A stretch of DNA of 47,378 bases, from NCBI GenBank assembly GCA_964393245.1, contig CAYMTD010000001.1, positions 1-47,378 of the forward strand, read 5' to 3'. This document shows, piece after piece, positions 33,877 through 41,841 of this stretch. Within the stretch, counting starts at the first letter, position 1. Each line of letters opens with the position of its first letter. A program made the position numbers and the translations under genes. The notes beneath the pieces were generated by a model. That model was not told the origin of the DNA. It searched no databases and saw only the letters and a program-made list of their open reading frames with translations. The DNA is from an uncultured Syntrophaceae bacterium. Lineage in GTDB: Bacteria; Desulfobacterota; BSN033; UBA1163.

Positions 33877-34878
33877 TTACGAATTATGATTTGGATTCTT
33901 AACCAAATCATACTGGATTTCCATCAACCGAATCATCGGAATCCGATCCTTGATACCCGCTTGGAGGACTCCCAGGCGGAGAAAAAAGCCCCCGCAAAGA
34001 AGGAGGACCCCGGCGGTGAAGATCAACGTTATACTTCCGGGGGAGAACGAGGCAATGGCCTCAAGAATCAAAGGAAAGATGAAGCCAAGGAGAACGATTC
34101 CTCCCCAAAAGATCAGTTTCATATCTCCAAACAGAAGAAGACGAACCGAATCCTTTCCCTGTTCGGCGGCTTTATACCTCTGAAAAAGGAAGAAATAAAG
34201 CACCATTCCTTCGAGTACGACGAGAATCTGTTCCCCGCGCATCAAGAATTTAAGCGCCTCACCCTGACTCGAGAGAAGGCCAGTTCCAAGGGTGGAAAGG
34301 ATGATGGCCATGGATCCGGTTGACAGTGCTGAAACCAGAAAGAGCAGCGGAAGAAGATTGGTATTCCATAAGGGGATCGATTTGGTCGCCTTCAAAAGAA
34401 TGCCTGTGTACAGGGCGGTGGCAAATGCAAAGGCGAGGGTGACGACCTCGGGGACAATCCAGAAGGGAGACTCAGCATGGAGCCATTTGAAAGGGAAAGC
34501 AGATTTTGCCAAAAGAACCACTCCCAATACAATGAAAATGGCGAGGATAAGAAAGCCCCGAGCCACCCAAGAGGTTCTTGGGTTCAGACAGGCATATAAG
34601 AATCTCCTCTTGATACCTAGATCTAAAATGAGGAAAGGAGCACCGATGGCGACCAGAAGGGGCCCCCACAAAATAGCGGCTTTTGCAGAGTCGAAGGGCA
34701 ACCCCCAAATCGATAGACCCCTGGTAGGCTGAACAAACCAGTTGAGGAGGGTACCAATCACATAAGCGCCGGCTCCCATTCCCGCAAGATAGAGATAAAT
34801 AGCCGGAATTTCCTTCCATTCTTGTTGAGGCCTGAGACACCTCACGTTTCTTATGGGATAAATAGACTCTTTCCCCAT
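33877..34878 (-). CDS. NrfD/PsrC/DmsC-family polytopic membrane protein (quinone-interacting anchor type)
   Basis: About 333 aa from the ATG at 34878 (MGKESIYP...). WKEIPAIYLYLAGMGAGAY, LDLG.KRRF, SW.ARG, and 8 or more hydrophobic helices are typical of NrfD-like anchors. The longer ORF-track start at 34977 would cover operator S3. Confidence 0.75.
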   Translation of the reverse strand: MGKESIYPIRNVRCLRPQQEWKEIPAIYLYLAGMGAGAYVIGTLLNWFVQPTRGLSIWGLPFDSAKAAILWGPLLVAIGAPFLILDLGIKRRFLYACLNPRTSWVARGFLILAIFIVLGVVLLAKSAFPFKWLHAESPFWIVPEVVTLAFAFATALYTGILLKATKSIPLWNTNLLPLLFLVSALSTGSMAIILSTLGTGLLSSQGEALKFLMRGEQILVVLEGMVLYFFLFQRYKAAEQGKDSVRLLLFGDMKLIFWGGIVLLGFIFPLILEAIASFSPGSITLIFTAGVLLLCGGFFLRLGVLQAGIKDRIPMIRLMEIQYDLVKNPNHNS

Positions 34879-34959
34879 GCTCGTGTTTACATCCCCCTTC
34901 CTGCTGATCTGATGAAGTCTCCCCCTCTCAAAGAGCGAAAGACAAGGCGAAAAGAAAGA

Positions 34960-34975
34960 GTTCTTTAGAGTGAAC
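34960..34975. promoter_or_regulatory. operator-like palindrome S3 (GTTCTT TAGA GTGAAC)
   Basis: Right half-site perfect, left 4/6. Lies 10-25 nt downstream of the putative minus-strand promoter and about 85 nt upstream of the nrfD-like ATG. Confidence 0.45.
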
Positions 34976-34992
34976 AAGCAAGAAGTGACTTA

Positions 34993-35020
34993 ATCATAGC
35001 ATATCTTTTTATCCTGTCAA
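34993..35020 (-). promoter_or_regulatory. candidate promoter of the nrfD-like gene
   Basis: On the minus strand: TTGACA (35020-35015), 16-nt spacer, TATGAT (34998-34993). Confidence 0.4.
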
Positions 35021-35200
35021 GATTTATGGAAAAAAGATTTCCCGACGTCTCATCGAAACCCTTTCCCATGAGATGCTGAACCGAGTTCAGCATAACAGCA
35101 GAGGCCAATTCCATTGTTGCCCTGAACTTGGTTCTGGGTCTGATAGGGAATTGCATTCGCCGTGTGGGCGACGGACTTCAAGAATACTTTAAGGGGTATA

Positions 35201-35229
35201 TTGACAAAAGGAGAAAGAATCTGTTACTT
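35201..35229 (+). promoter_or_regulatory. candidate promoter of the IclR gene
   Basis: TTGACA (35201-35206), 17-nt spacer, weak -10 TTACTT (35224-35229). Confidence 0.35.
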
Positions 35230-35239
35230 TTTGCTAAGA

Positions 35240-35255
35240 GTTCATTATGGTGAAC
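35240..35255. promoter_or_regulatory. operator-like palindrome S4 (GTTCAT TATG GTGAAC)
   Basis: Ends 3 nt before the IclR ATG. Same architecture as S1-S3. Confidence 0.55.
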
Positions 35256-35257
35256 GA

Positions 35258-36028
35258 ATGAAAAAGACGGGTTATTTTGCTCCCTCTGTTCAAAAGGCAT
35301 TCAAGATTCTCCAGACGATTGCGGATTCCCCCTCGGGTTTGGGGGTGAGTGAGCTGGCAAAGAAATTGGGCATGGGAAAAAGCACCGTTCATGGGATTAC
35401 AATGGGGCTTGAGGGCTTGGGAGTCCTCGTTAGAGATCCCGTAGATAAGAGGTTCAATCTTGGATACAGCTTGTTAGAACTGGGCCGAAGAACTTATGTG
35501 AGGATTGAACTCCGGGATGTCGCCAGGGTGCCGATGGAACGATTGATGGAAAGGGTAGGGGAGACGGTCTTCCTGGGGATTCTCAATGGAGACCATGTAA
35601 CCATTTTAGAGGTGGTGGAATCTCATCGTGAGATGAAGATTACCTCACCCCCTGGGACAAAACTCCCGCTGCTCGCCGGAGCAACAGGGAAGGTCTTTCT
35701 TTCTCTGGTTGATGAGAAAAAGGCTAAAGAGATTGTTCTGAAATTAGGCTTGGTCAAATTCACTCCCAAGTCCCTCGTCGATCAAAAAAAGTTTCTCAGA
35801 GAAGTGGAGGAGACGAGAAAAAGAGGCTATGCCATTGACGATGAGGAGTATATGCTCGGGGTCAGAGCGGTTGCAGCCCCCATTCACACGGCTTCCCCTC
35901 CTGTGGCTGCAATTTGGGCGGTGGGATTTACTTCAAGTCTCAACGACCAAAAAATGGACCGAGCGATTTCGGAGATTAAGAAAACCGCTGAGGAAATTAG
36001 CCAGTCGATGAAGAAACACGTTAGCTGA
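35258..36028 (+). CDS. IclR-family transcriptional regulator
   Basis: SVQKAFKILQTIADSPSGLGVSELAKKLGMGKSTVHGI is the IclR wHTH, followed by a C-terminal effector domain. The longer ORF-track start is unlikely because it would cover the promoter and operator. Confidence 0.85.
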   Translation: MKKTGYFAPSVQKAFKILQTIADSPSGLGVSELAKKLGMGKSTVHGITMGLEGLGVLVRDPVDKRFNLGYSLLELGRRTYVRIELRDVARVPMERLMERVGETVFLGILNGDHVTILEVVESHREMKITSPPGTKLPLLAGATGKVFLSLVDEKKAKEIVLKLGLVKFTPKSLVDQKKFLREVEETRKRGYAIDDEEYMLGVRAVAAPIHTASPPVAAIWAVGFTSSLNDQKMDRAISEIKKTAEEISQSMKKHVS

Positions 36029-36097
36029 AGACGGTGGGTAGGGGCGACTTCAGGCGCCCTCATTTCAGACGAAAAAGATAGAAGCGGGAAGGCGAAA

Positions 36098-37171
36098 TCA
36101 GAGTGTCCGGAGGGCTCTTACAATATCATCTCCGACCTCATTCGTCTTTGAGCGTCCGCCAAGATCAATGGTTCTAACCTTCTTCTCAGCCAGATTTTTC
36201 TTAACAGCCTGATATAAGAGATTGGCCGCTTCCATTTCATTCAAATATTCCAACATCATCTTGGCTGTGAGAATAGCTGCGATGGGGTTGGCCAACCCTT
36301 TTCCAGCAATATCAGGAGCGGAGCCGTGAACGGGATCGAAAAATCCGGGGTAGGTTTTGTCCTTGGGATTAAAGCTGGCTCCAGGGGCCAATCCCATTCC
36401 TCCTGTGACGGAAGCGGTCAGGTCTGAGAGGATATCGGCAAAGAGATTCGAAGCGACAATCACATCGTATCCCTTGGGATTTCGCACCACGTCCATACAG
36501 GCGGCGTCGATCAGTTTGGATTCGGTTTGAATCTCAGGAAAGCGAGAAGCCACCTCTCTAAAGACTCGATCCCAGAGGACCATTCCATAACGCTGGGCAT
36601 TCGATTTGGTCACGGAGGTGACCTTCTTTCTTCGCTTCTCTCTTGCATATTCGAAGGCGAAGGTGATGATCCTTTCGATTCCCTTTCGGGTGAAGAGACC
36701 ACTCTGGATGGCCAGTTGTTGTTCCTCAATTCCAACGATCCCTCCGATGTTCGAATACTCCCCCTCGGTATTCTCCCGGATGACGACGATATCGATCTCG
36801 CCTTCCGAGATGTTCGCCACCGGAGACTCAATCCCCGGAAAGAGATAGACAGGTCGCAGTCCCACATAAAGATCAAATCCCATCTTAATGGGTAGAAGAA
36901 GGCCATGAAGGGTCACATCGTCCGGAATTCTCGGGTCTCCGACGGCTCCCAGATAGATCGCATCAAATCCTTTTAAGATCTCCAGCCCGTCTTCGGGCAT
37001 CATCCCTCCGTGCTGAAGATAGTACTCACTGCCCCATGGGAAATATTCGAATTCGAATTGGATGGTCTCCATGATTTCAGAGAGGGCATTTAGGCATTTA
37101 ATCCCTTCTGAGATCACTTCCTTTCCGATTCCATCTCCAGGGATGACAGCGATTCGATGAGGTCCCTTCAT
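36098..37171 (-). CDS. isocitrate/isopropylmalate dehydrogenase superfamily; tartrate/D-malate dehydrogenase (decarboxylating)-like
   Basis: 357 aa. HRIAVIPGDGIGKEV, FDAIYLGAVGDP, LRPV, NLFADILSD, GSAPDIAGKG. The N-terminal region resembles the TtuC type as I recall it. Confidence 0.7.
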   Translation of the reverse strand: MKGPHRIAVIPGDGIGKEVISEGIKCLNALSEIMETIQFEFEYFPWGSEYYLQHGGMMPEDGLEILKGFDAIYLGAVGDPRIPDDVTLHGLLLPIKMGFDLYVGLRPVYLFPGIESPVANISEGEIDIVVIRENTEGEYSNIGGIVGIEEQQLAIQSGLFTRKGIERIITFAFEYAREKRRKKVTSVTKSNAQRYGMVLWDRVFREVASRFPEIQTESKLIDAACMDVVRNPKGYDVIVASNLFADILSDLTASVTGGMGLAPGASFNPKDKTYPGFFDPVHGSAPDIAGKGLANPIAAILTAKMMLEYLNEMEAANLLYQAVKKNLAEKKVRTIDLGGRSKTNEVGDDIVRALRTL

Positions 37172-37223
37172 AAGTTAAAGATAGAGAAAATTATCTTTCT
37201 CTCCTTGTTTTTTAAGCCCTAAC

Positions 37224-38111
37224 TCACAGCGCCCCGACGCTCCGGAGAATGCCTTCCACCACTCGCCTCCCTTCGGCATCCAGCGGCTTCTGCGGCGGCA
37301 GGGGCGGGCCGACGGGAAAACCCTGCATTTCGAGCCCCGCCTTGACACATGCTGACAAAGAAAAACGCTGGAAAGCCACGTTGAGCGGCCATTGTTTTTT
37401 CTGGATCTCGGCCGCCTCTTCCCACCGTTTTTTGTGTGCCGCCTCGTACAGCTCGATACTCTGGGAAGGGATGACGCAGGCCGGACCGGACATCCAGCCT
37501 ACAGCGCCGATAAGAAACATGAACAGGGGTACGGAGGAGGTATCGCTGAAGATCCTGATGCGCTGACCGAGGGTTGTCACGATGGACATGATCTTCCCTA
37601 CGTCGCCGGAGGCGTCTTTCAGGTAGAGGATATTCGGTTCTTCGGTCAATTGCTTAAGTGCCTCCACCGTGAAGTCCCAAGTCTGGAACTTGGGATTGGT
37701 ATACAGGGTGATCGGGCAGGAGACGGCCTTCGCGATGGCCCGAAAGTGGCCGATGACCTGTTGGTCGTTTAGCGGAAAATAGCCGGGCATCAGCGTCAGG
37801 ATGCCGTCGACCCCCAATTTTTCGGTCTCCGCCGCTTCGCGGACGGCGCCGTGCGTGGAGTTATTGCAGACCCCGGCCACCACCGGCACGCGTCCCGCTG
37901 TCGACTTCACGACCACCTCAATCGTGCGTCGTTTCGTTTCCCAATCCAGGTAGGGTGCCTCTCCAGTGCTACCCAGTGGGGTGAGGCCGTGAACGCTCTT
38001 GCGGATCAGGTGATCGACGAGATCGGCCAGGACCTGCTCTTTGAGGCGACCCTTTTCGTCCAACGGTGTAACAAGGTACGGGAAGATGCCGTGGAATTCG
38101 CTCTTGCCCAT
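37224..38111 (-). CDS. dihydrodipicolinate synthase / N-acetylneuraminate lyase family (class I aldolase or dehydratase)
   Basis: 295 aa. GSTGE motif, LYTNP, and Schiff-base lysine context LYLKDASGD. Confidence 0.75.
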   Translation of the reverse strand: MGKSEFHGIFPYLVTPLDEKGRLKEQVLADLVDHLIRKSVHGLTPLGSTGEAPYLDWETKRRTIEVVVKSTAGRVPVVAGVCNNSTHGAVREAAETEKLGVDGILTLMPGYFPLNDQQVIGHFRAIAKAVSCPITLYTNPKFQTWDFTVEALKQLTEEPNILYLKDASGDVGKIMSIVTTLGQRIRIFSDTSSVPLFMFLIGAVGWMSGPACVIPSQSIELYEAAHKKRWEEAAEIQKKQWPLNVAFQRFSLSACVKAGLEMQGFPVGPPLPPQKPLDAEGRRVVEGILRSVGAL

Positions 38112-38122
38112 CCTTTCCTCCT

Positions 38123-38833
38123 TTAAAAAGCCCCCTCCTTGGCCAGCGCAAGAAAGTGGGCGACATCAATCTGCTTCGGACAGACATGGGAACAGGCCTT
38201 CGAGGTGTGGCAACGGTAGATTCCCTCCTCGCTGTAGAGGAGATTGAGCCGTTCATCCTTTTCCTCTTCCCTCGGATCCATCATCCGGACGATGCTGGCC
38301 ATCGCTGCATTGGGGCCGATGAAGCTCTTGTTCCCGCTGATGCAGGCCTCGGCGCAGCAAAAGCAGTTGATACAACGCGTTGCCTCTTCATAACGGGTAA
38401 GCTCCTGGGGAGAGATTCGATGCTCCGTCATACCGGGGGGAAGCTCTTTCGGCTTGATGAGGTAGGGCTTTGCCCTGTGGACACGTTCATAGGCCCTCTC
38501 CCAGTCCACGACGAGATCCCGGATGACCGGAGCAACGGACACTGGCGTGATCTTGAATTTGGTCGTACCAAACAGGTTGACGGCGTTCTCCACAAGCAGC
38601 TCACAGGCCAGCATGGGCCTCCCGTTGACATTCACCGAGCAACTGCCGCACTGCGCGTGCTCGCAGGACGATGCCCAGGCCAGGGTGGCGTCCTGTTCCA
38701 CATTGATTCTGCGGAAGAGATCGACGAAACGCAGGATCGGGCCACAGTCAAGCTTGTAGGTCTGAAACCAGGCAGCAGATCTATCTGGATCGTAACGCTT
38801 GATCGTCAATGTCAGGGAGTAGGTTTTGGACAC
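38123..38833 (-). CDS. sdhB: succinate dehydrogenase / fumarate reductase iron-sulfur subunit
   Basis: 236 aa. 2Fe-2S CGSCSVNVNG...AC, 4Fe-4S CINCFCCAEAC, and CHTSKACSHVCP. Confidence 0.85.
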   Translation of the reverse strand: MSKTYSLTLTIKRYDPDRSAAWFQTYKLDCGPILRFVDLFRRINVEQDATLAWASSCEHAQCGSCSVNVNGRPMLACELLVENAVNLFGTTKFKITPVSVAPVIRDLVVDWERAYERVHRAKPYLIKPKELPPGMTEHRISPQELTRYEEATRCINCFCCAEACISGNKSFIGPNAAMASIVRMMDPREEEKDERLNLLYSEEGIYRCHTSKACSHVCPKQIDVAHFLALAKEGAF

Positions 38834-38866
38834 GGTTTCCTCCTCTTGAGGGCAACGATGGAAGGT

Positions 38867-40663
38867 TCAATATTTTCTCGGGATAACCCTGAAGTGTTCG
38901 TAAAGCTCCCCTTTGGATTCATAGATGCTCATGTCGATCGGGCGTTTCCCGAAGCTGACCTCGCCGAATTCCGTCATGGAGACAAGCGTATGGAACTGAA
39001 ACTCGTCACTTCGTTCGGGATAATCCTCCCGAAAATGCGCCCCCCGCGATTCCTTTCTCATCAGAGCGCCCTGGGTGATGGTTATCGCGTTGTCGAGGAG
39101 GTTGTCCAGCTCCCACCGCTCCAACAGCTCCTGATTCATTTTCATACTCTTCGTGGAGATGGCGGCCTTGGCTGCCCGCTGTTTCAACGCGATCAGGGAG
39201 GTGATGGCCTCCTGCATTCCCCTTTCGATCCGAAAGACGCCCACTTTGCTGGTCATCAGCTCCCGCATCTCCTGACGGATCTGGCCGACGCTTTCATTTC
39301 CTTGGGTCTCGAGATAACTTGCAAACAGGGCAAGCGTGGCCTCTCCCGCCCCCTTCGGCGACGGCACCTGCTTTTCCGCGAGGTAGGAAAGGATCCGTTC
39401 TCCTGCGATGCGGCCCATCACCAGCAGCTCCAGCAAGGAATTGGTGCCGAGGCGATTGAATCCATGGAGACTCGCGCAGGCGCACTCGCCGAGAGCGAAA
39501 AGCCCAGGAACGACCCTGTTTGCGGCATCTTGCACCTCCCCATGCTCATTGGTCGGGATGCCTCCCATATGGTAGTGGTTACTCGGTCGCACGGGGCAGA
39601 GCTGCGTGCGCGCGTCCAGATTGGCATAAGTCTTGAAGAAACTTGCCACCTCCTTCAATTTGACCTCGTGGACATAGTCGGGCAGGTGGCGAAGATCGAT
39701 CCAGACATGCTCGGTCTGATGGTCGGGGTTCATGATCCCCCTCCCCTCCCGGATCTCTGTCTCGATCGCTCTGGCAACAATATCCCGAGGAGCAAGATCT
39801 TTCATCTTGGGGGCATATCGCTCCATGAATGGTTCCAATTCTTTGTTGCGCAAGATTCCACCCTCGCTTCGCAGGGCCTCGCTGGCCAGGATGCCGGGTC
39901 CGACGATCCCAGTAGGATGGAACTGGACGGCCTCCGGATCCATCACAGGCAAACCGGCCCTCAGAATCACCGCCAGCCCGTCTCCCGTATTGTTACGGCA
40001 GTTTGTCGTAATCCGAAACACCTGGCCGGAGCCGCCGGTGGCCAGGACTGTTGCCTTGGCCAAGACGGTAAAGAACTCCCCTTCTTTGATCTTGAACAGG
40101 ACCGCGCCCACGCAGCACCCCTCGTTGAAAAGAAGTTCTGTGACGACTGTCGAATTAATAAAAACAGAACCCCCTTTGAGCGCCTCTCCCCAGACTGTAT
40201 CCATCATTCCCTTGCCCGTACGATCGGCTACGAATACGGCCCGTAAGGCGTCTCCTTTGCCGAACTCAAGGGTGTGGCCACCAAACTGCCGCTTGGCGAT
40301 GTTCCCCTCCTCATCGCGGCTAAAGTGTATCCCCTTGCGCTCTAACCATTGGACCTCCTCCCACCCGCCCTCGATGATCTTCTTGACGACGTTCTGGTCC
40401 GAACTGCAGTCGCCCCCCTTCCACGTGTCGAACATATGGTAGATTGCCCGGTCCGCCTGATCCCTCGGGTCGACGGCGGCCATCCCACCCTGGGCGGTGC
40501 TGGTGTGGGATTTTTGGGGATGAGCCACCTTGGTCACCGCAAAGATTGAGAGATCGGGTCTCCGTTCGTGGAGAAACGCCGCACATCGGAGACCCGCCCC
40601 TCCCGCCCCGATAATCAGAACATCGCACGTTAACGTGGAATGGATCTGCAGCTTTTCCCCCAT
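38867..40663 (-). CDS. sdhA: succinate dehydrogenase / fumarate reductase flavoprotein subunit
   Basis: DVLIIGAGGAGLR dinucleotide fold, SHTSTAQGG (covalent-FAD His context), HYHMGG, RGAHFRED. ATG 40663 is preferred over the TTG at 40690. Confidence 0.88.
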   Translation of the reverse strand: MGEKLQIHSTLTCDVLIIGAGGAGLRCAAFLHERRPDLSIFAVTKVAHPQKSHTSTAQGGMAAVDPRDQADRAIYHMFDTWKGGDCSSDQNVVKKIIEGGWEEVQWLERKGIHFSRDEEGNIAKRQFGGHTLEFGKGDALRAVFVADRTGKGMMDTVWGEALKGGSVFINSTVVTELLFNEGCCVGAVLFKIKEGEFFTVLAKATVLATGGSGQVFRITTNCRNNTGDGLAVILRAGLPVMDPEAVQFHPTGIVGPGILASEALRSEGGILRNKELEPFMERYAPKMKDLAPRDIVARAIETEIREGRGIMNPDHQTEHVWIDLRHLPDYVHEVKLKEVASFFKTYANLDARTQLCPVRPSNHYHMGGIPTNEHGEVQDAANRVVPGLFALGECACASLHGFNRLGTNSLLELLVMGRIAGERILSYLAEKQVPSPKGAGEATLALFASYLETQGNESVGQIRQEMRELMTSKVGVFRIERGMQEAITSLIALKQRAAKAAISTKSMKMNQELLERWELDNLLDNAITITQGALMRKESRGAHFREDYPERSDEFQFHTLVSMTEFGEVSFGKRPIDMSIYESKGELYEHFRVIPRKY

Positions 40664-40690
40664 GGCGATTCCCCTTGTGGGACTCCCCAA

Positions 40691-41515
40691 TCAAATTGGC
40701 AAGATGATTCTGACGGCAAAAACGAAAAGAACGACAATGACGGCAATGACGATCGCCGTCATTCCGGTCAGCACCTTCTTCGAAAAGATGTAGTCGGCTG
40801 CGATCGAGAAGAGACCATACCCTGCATGGTAAAGCATCAATATTGTTACAATCAGAATGGCCATCCGTGTAAAGCCGTTCTGGATCCATACGATCGCGCC
40901 ATGAGCCGTCTCGGTTTGGCTCGGATTGAGGTACAAAAAGAGAAGGTAGGCGGGGACGGTCGTGAACAGGAAGCCGCCGCTGATCCTCTGTAGCTTCCAA
41001 AGAAGCGAATGGGGGTTTATCCATATACGGGAGGCGATGGCATAAGCGGCAATCGCACCGGAAAAAAACGCCATCAGCCAAAAAAAGAAGGTGGATGCGT
41101 GCTGGTTTTTCATCATCATCAGCCCGATCATTGCGGCATACCCAGCGGTGAGACCGAAGATCCAACGAATCATGTCCGCATCGTTACGTCTTCCGAATAA
41201 TTCATACAGAATGAGGCGACCCCCGTTCAGGGCATGAAACCCTACAACCAGAGATGAGACCAAGGCGAGGAAGACAAAGATCGGCTGACCCGGAATTTTC
41301 ATGTCGACATTGAAGACGTTGGGAGTTTGCCATGACGAGAGGGCAACCATATGGACCATGAAGGCGACGAAGAGCCAGATCCCCGTGAACCTGTGCAGCC
41401 AACTGATCACGTAAAACCAGCCGCGGGTCTTTGCATAACGGGAAAGAACAGGCAACTTATCGAGGATCGGGAACAAAGAAGCGCCGATCCCTTGACCCTC
41501 TTTCGGAACCTTCAT
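40691..41515 (-). CDS. sdhC: Sdh/Frd membrane anchor, apparently fused SdhC- and SdhD-like halves
   Basis: 274 aa with about 6-7 hydrophobic helices. LHRFTGIWLF and FHALNGGR are SdhC-like; LYHAGYGLFSIAADY in the second half is SdhD-like. Confidence 0.55.
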   Translation of the reverse strand: MKVPKEGQGIGASLFPILDKLPVLSRYAKTRGWFYVISWLHRFTGIWLFVAFMVHMVALSSWQTPNVFNVDMKIPGQPIFVFLALVSSLVVGFHALNGGRLILYELFGRRNDADMIRWIFGLTAGYAAMIGLMMMKNQHASTFFFWLMAFFSGAIAAYAIASRIWINPHSLLWKLQRISGGFLFTTVPAYLLFLYLNPSQTETAHGAIVWIQNGFTRMAILIVTILMLYHAGYGLFSIAADYIFSKKVLTGMTAIVIAVIVVLFVFAVRIILPI

Positions 41516-41608
41516 ACGCGCTTTCCTCCCTGATATCCATCAAAGCGATGGTCATGCTATACAAGATTGGATGAAAAATATCAAGTCTCAAAGAGAGGAA
41601 TATTCTTG

Positions 41609-41637
41609 TTGACATATAAACAAATTTTGGCTATTTT
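41609..41637 (+). promoter_or_regulatory. candidate promoter of the TAXI-TRAP operon
   Basis: TTGACA (41609-41614), 17-nt spacer, TATTTT (41632-41637). About 200-nt leader. Confidence 0.45.
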
Positions 41638-41841
41638 TCATAGCCAAGCAATAAAAGAAGCCCTATCACCTATCATTGACGTCCAATATCGCGGGTGGAG
41701 CAATCCGTCTTAGCAATATCTGGAATAGCTGGCTTGAAGCCGAAGTCCGGTTGATGTGACGGTCGGTACGAACAGAGGTACTTTGCCAGAGACATGTGGC
41801 GGCGCCCCGTCCCGCGAAATTAAACTCAAAGGAGGAAAGCT

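Noticed and set aside
33886-34732. Plus-strand ORFs of 145, 77 and 146 aa opposite the nrfD-like gene
   Set aside because: They are charged, low-complexity antisense translations of a hydrophobic membrane-protein gene. The minus-strand frame has the NrfD-family pattern.
38156-40246. 696-aa plus-strand ORF, the longest ORF in the window
   Set aside because: It is antisense to well-supported sdhB and sdhA genes. It is Arg/Gly/Leu/His/Pro-rich with no motifs and no SD. Long open antisense frames of this kind are expected in GC3-rich coding DNA.
39732-41165. Alternative-frame ORFs 39732..40442 (+, 236 aa) and 40320..41165 (-, 281 aa)
   Set aside because: Both overlap sdhA and the sdhC(D)-like anchor in other frames. 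Their composition is low-complexity (Arg/Pro/Ser-rich), whereas the sdh frames carry canonical FAD and heme-anchor motifs.
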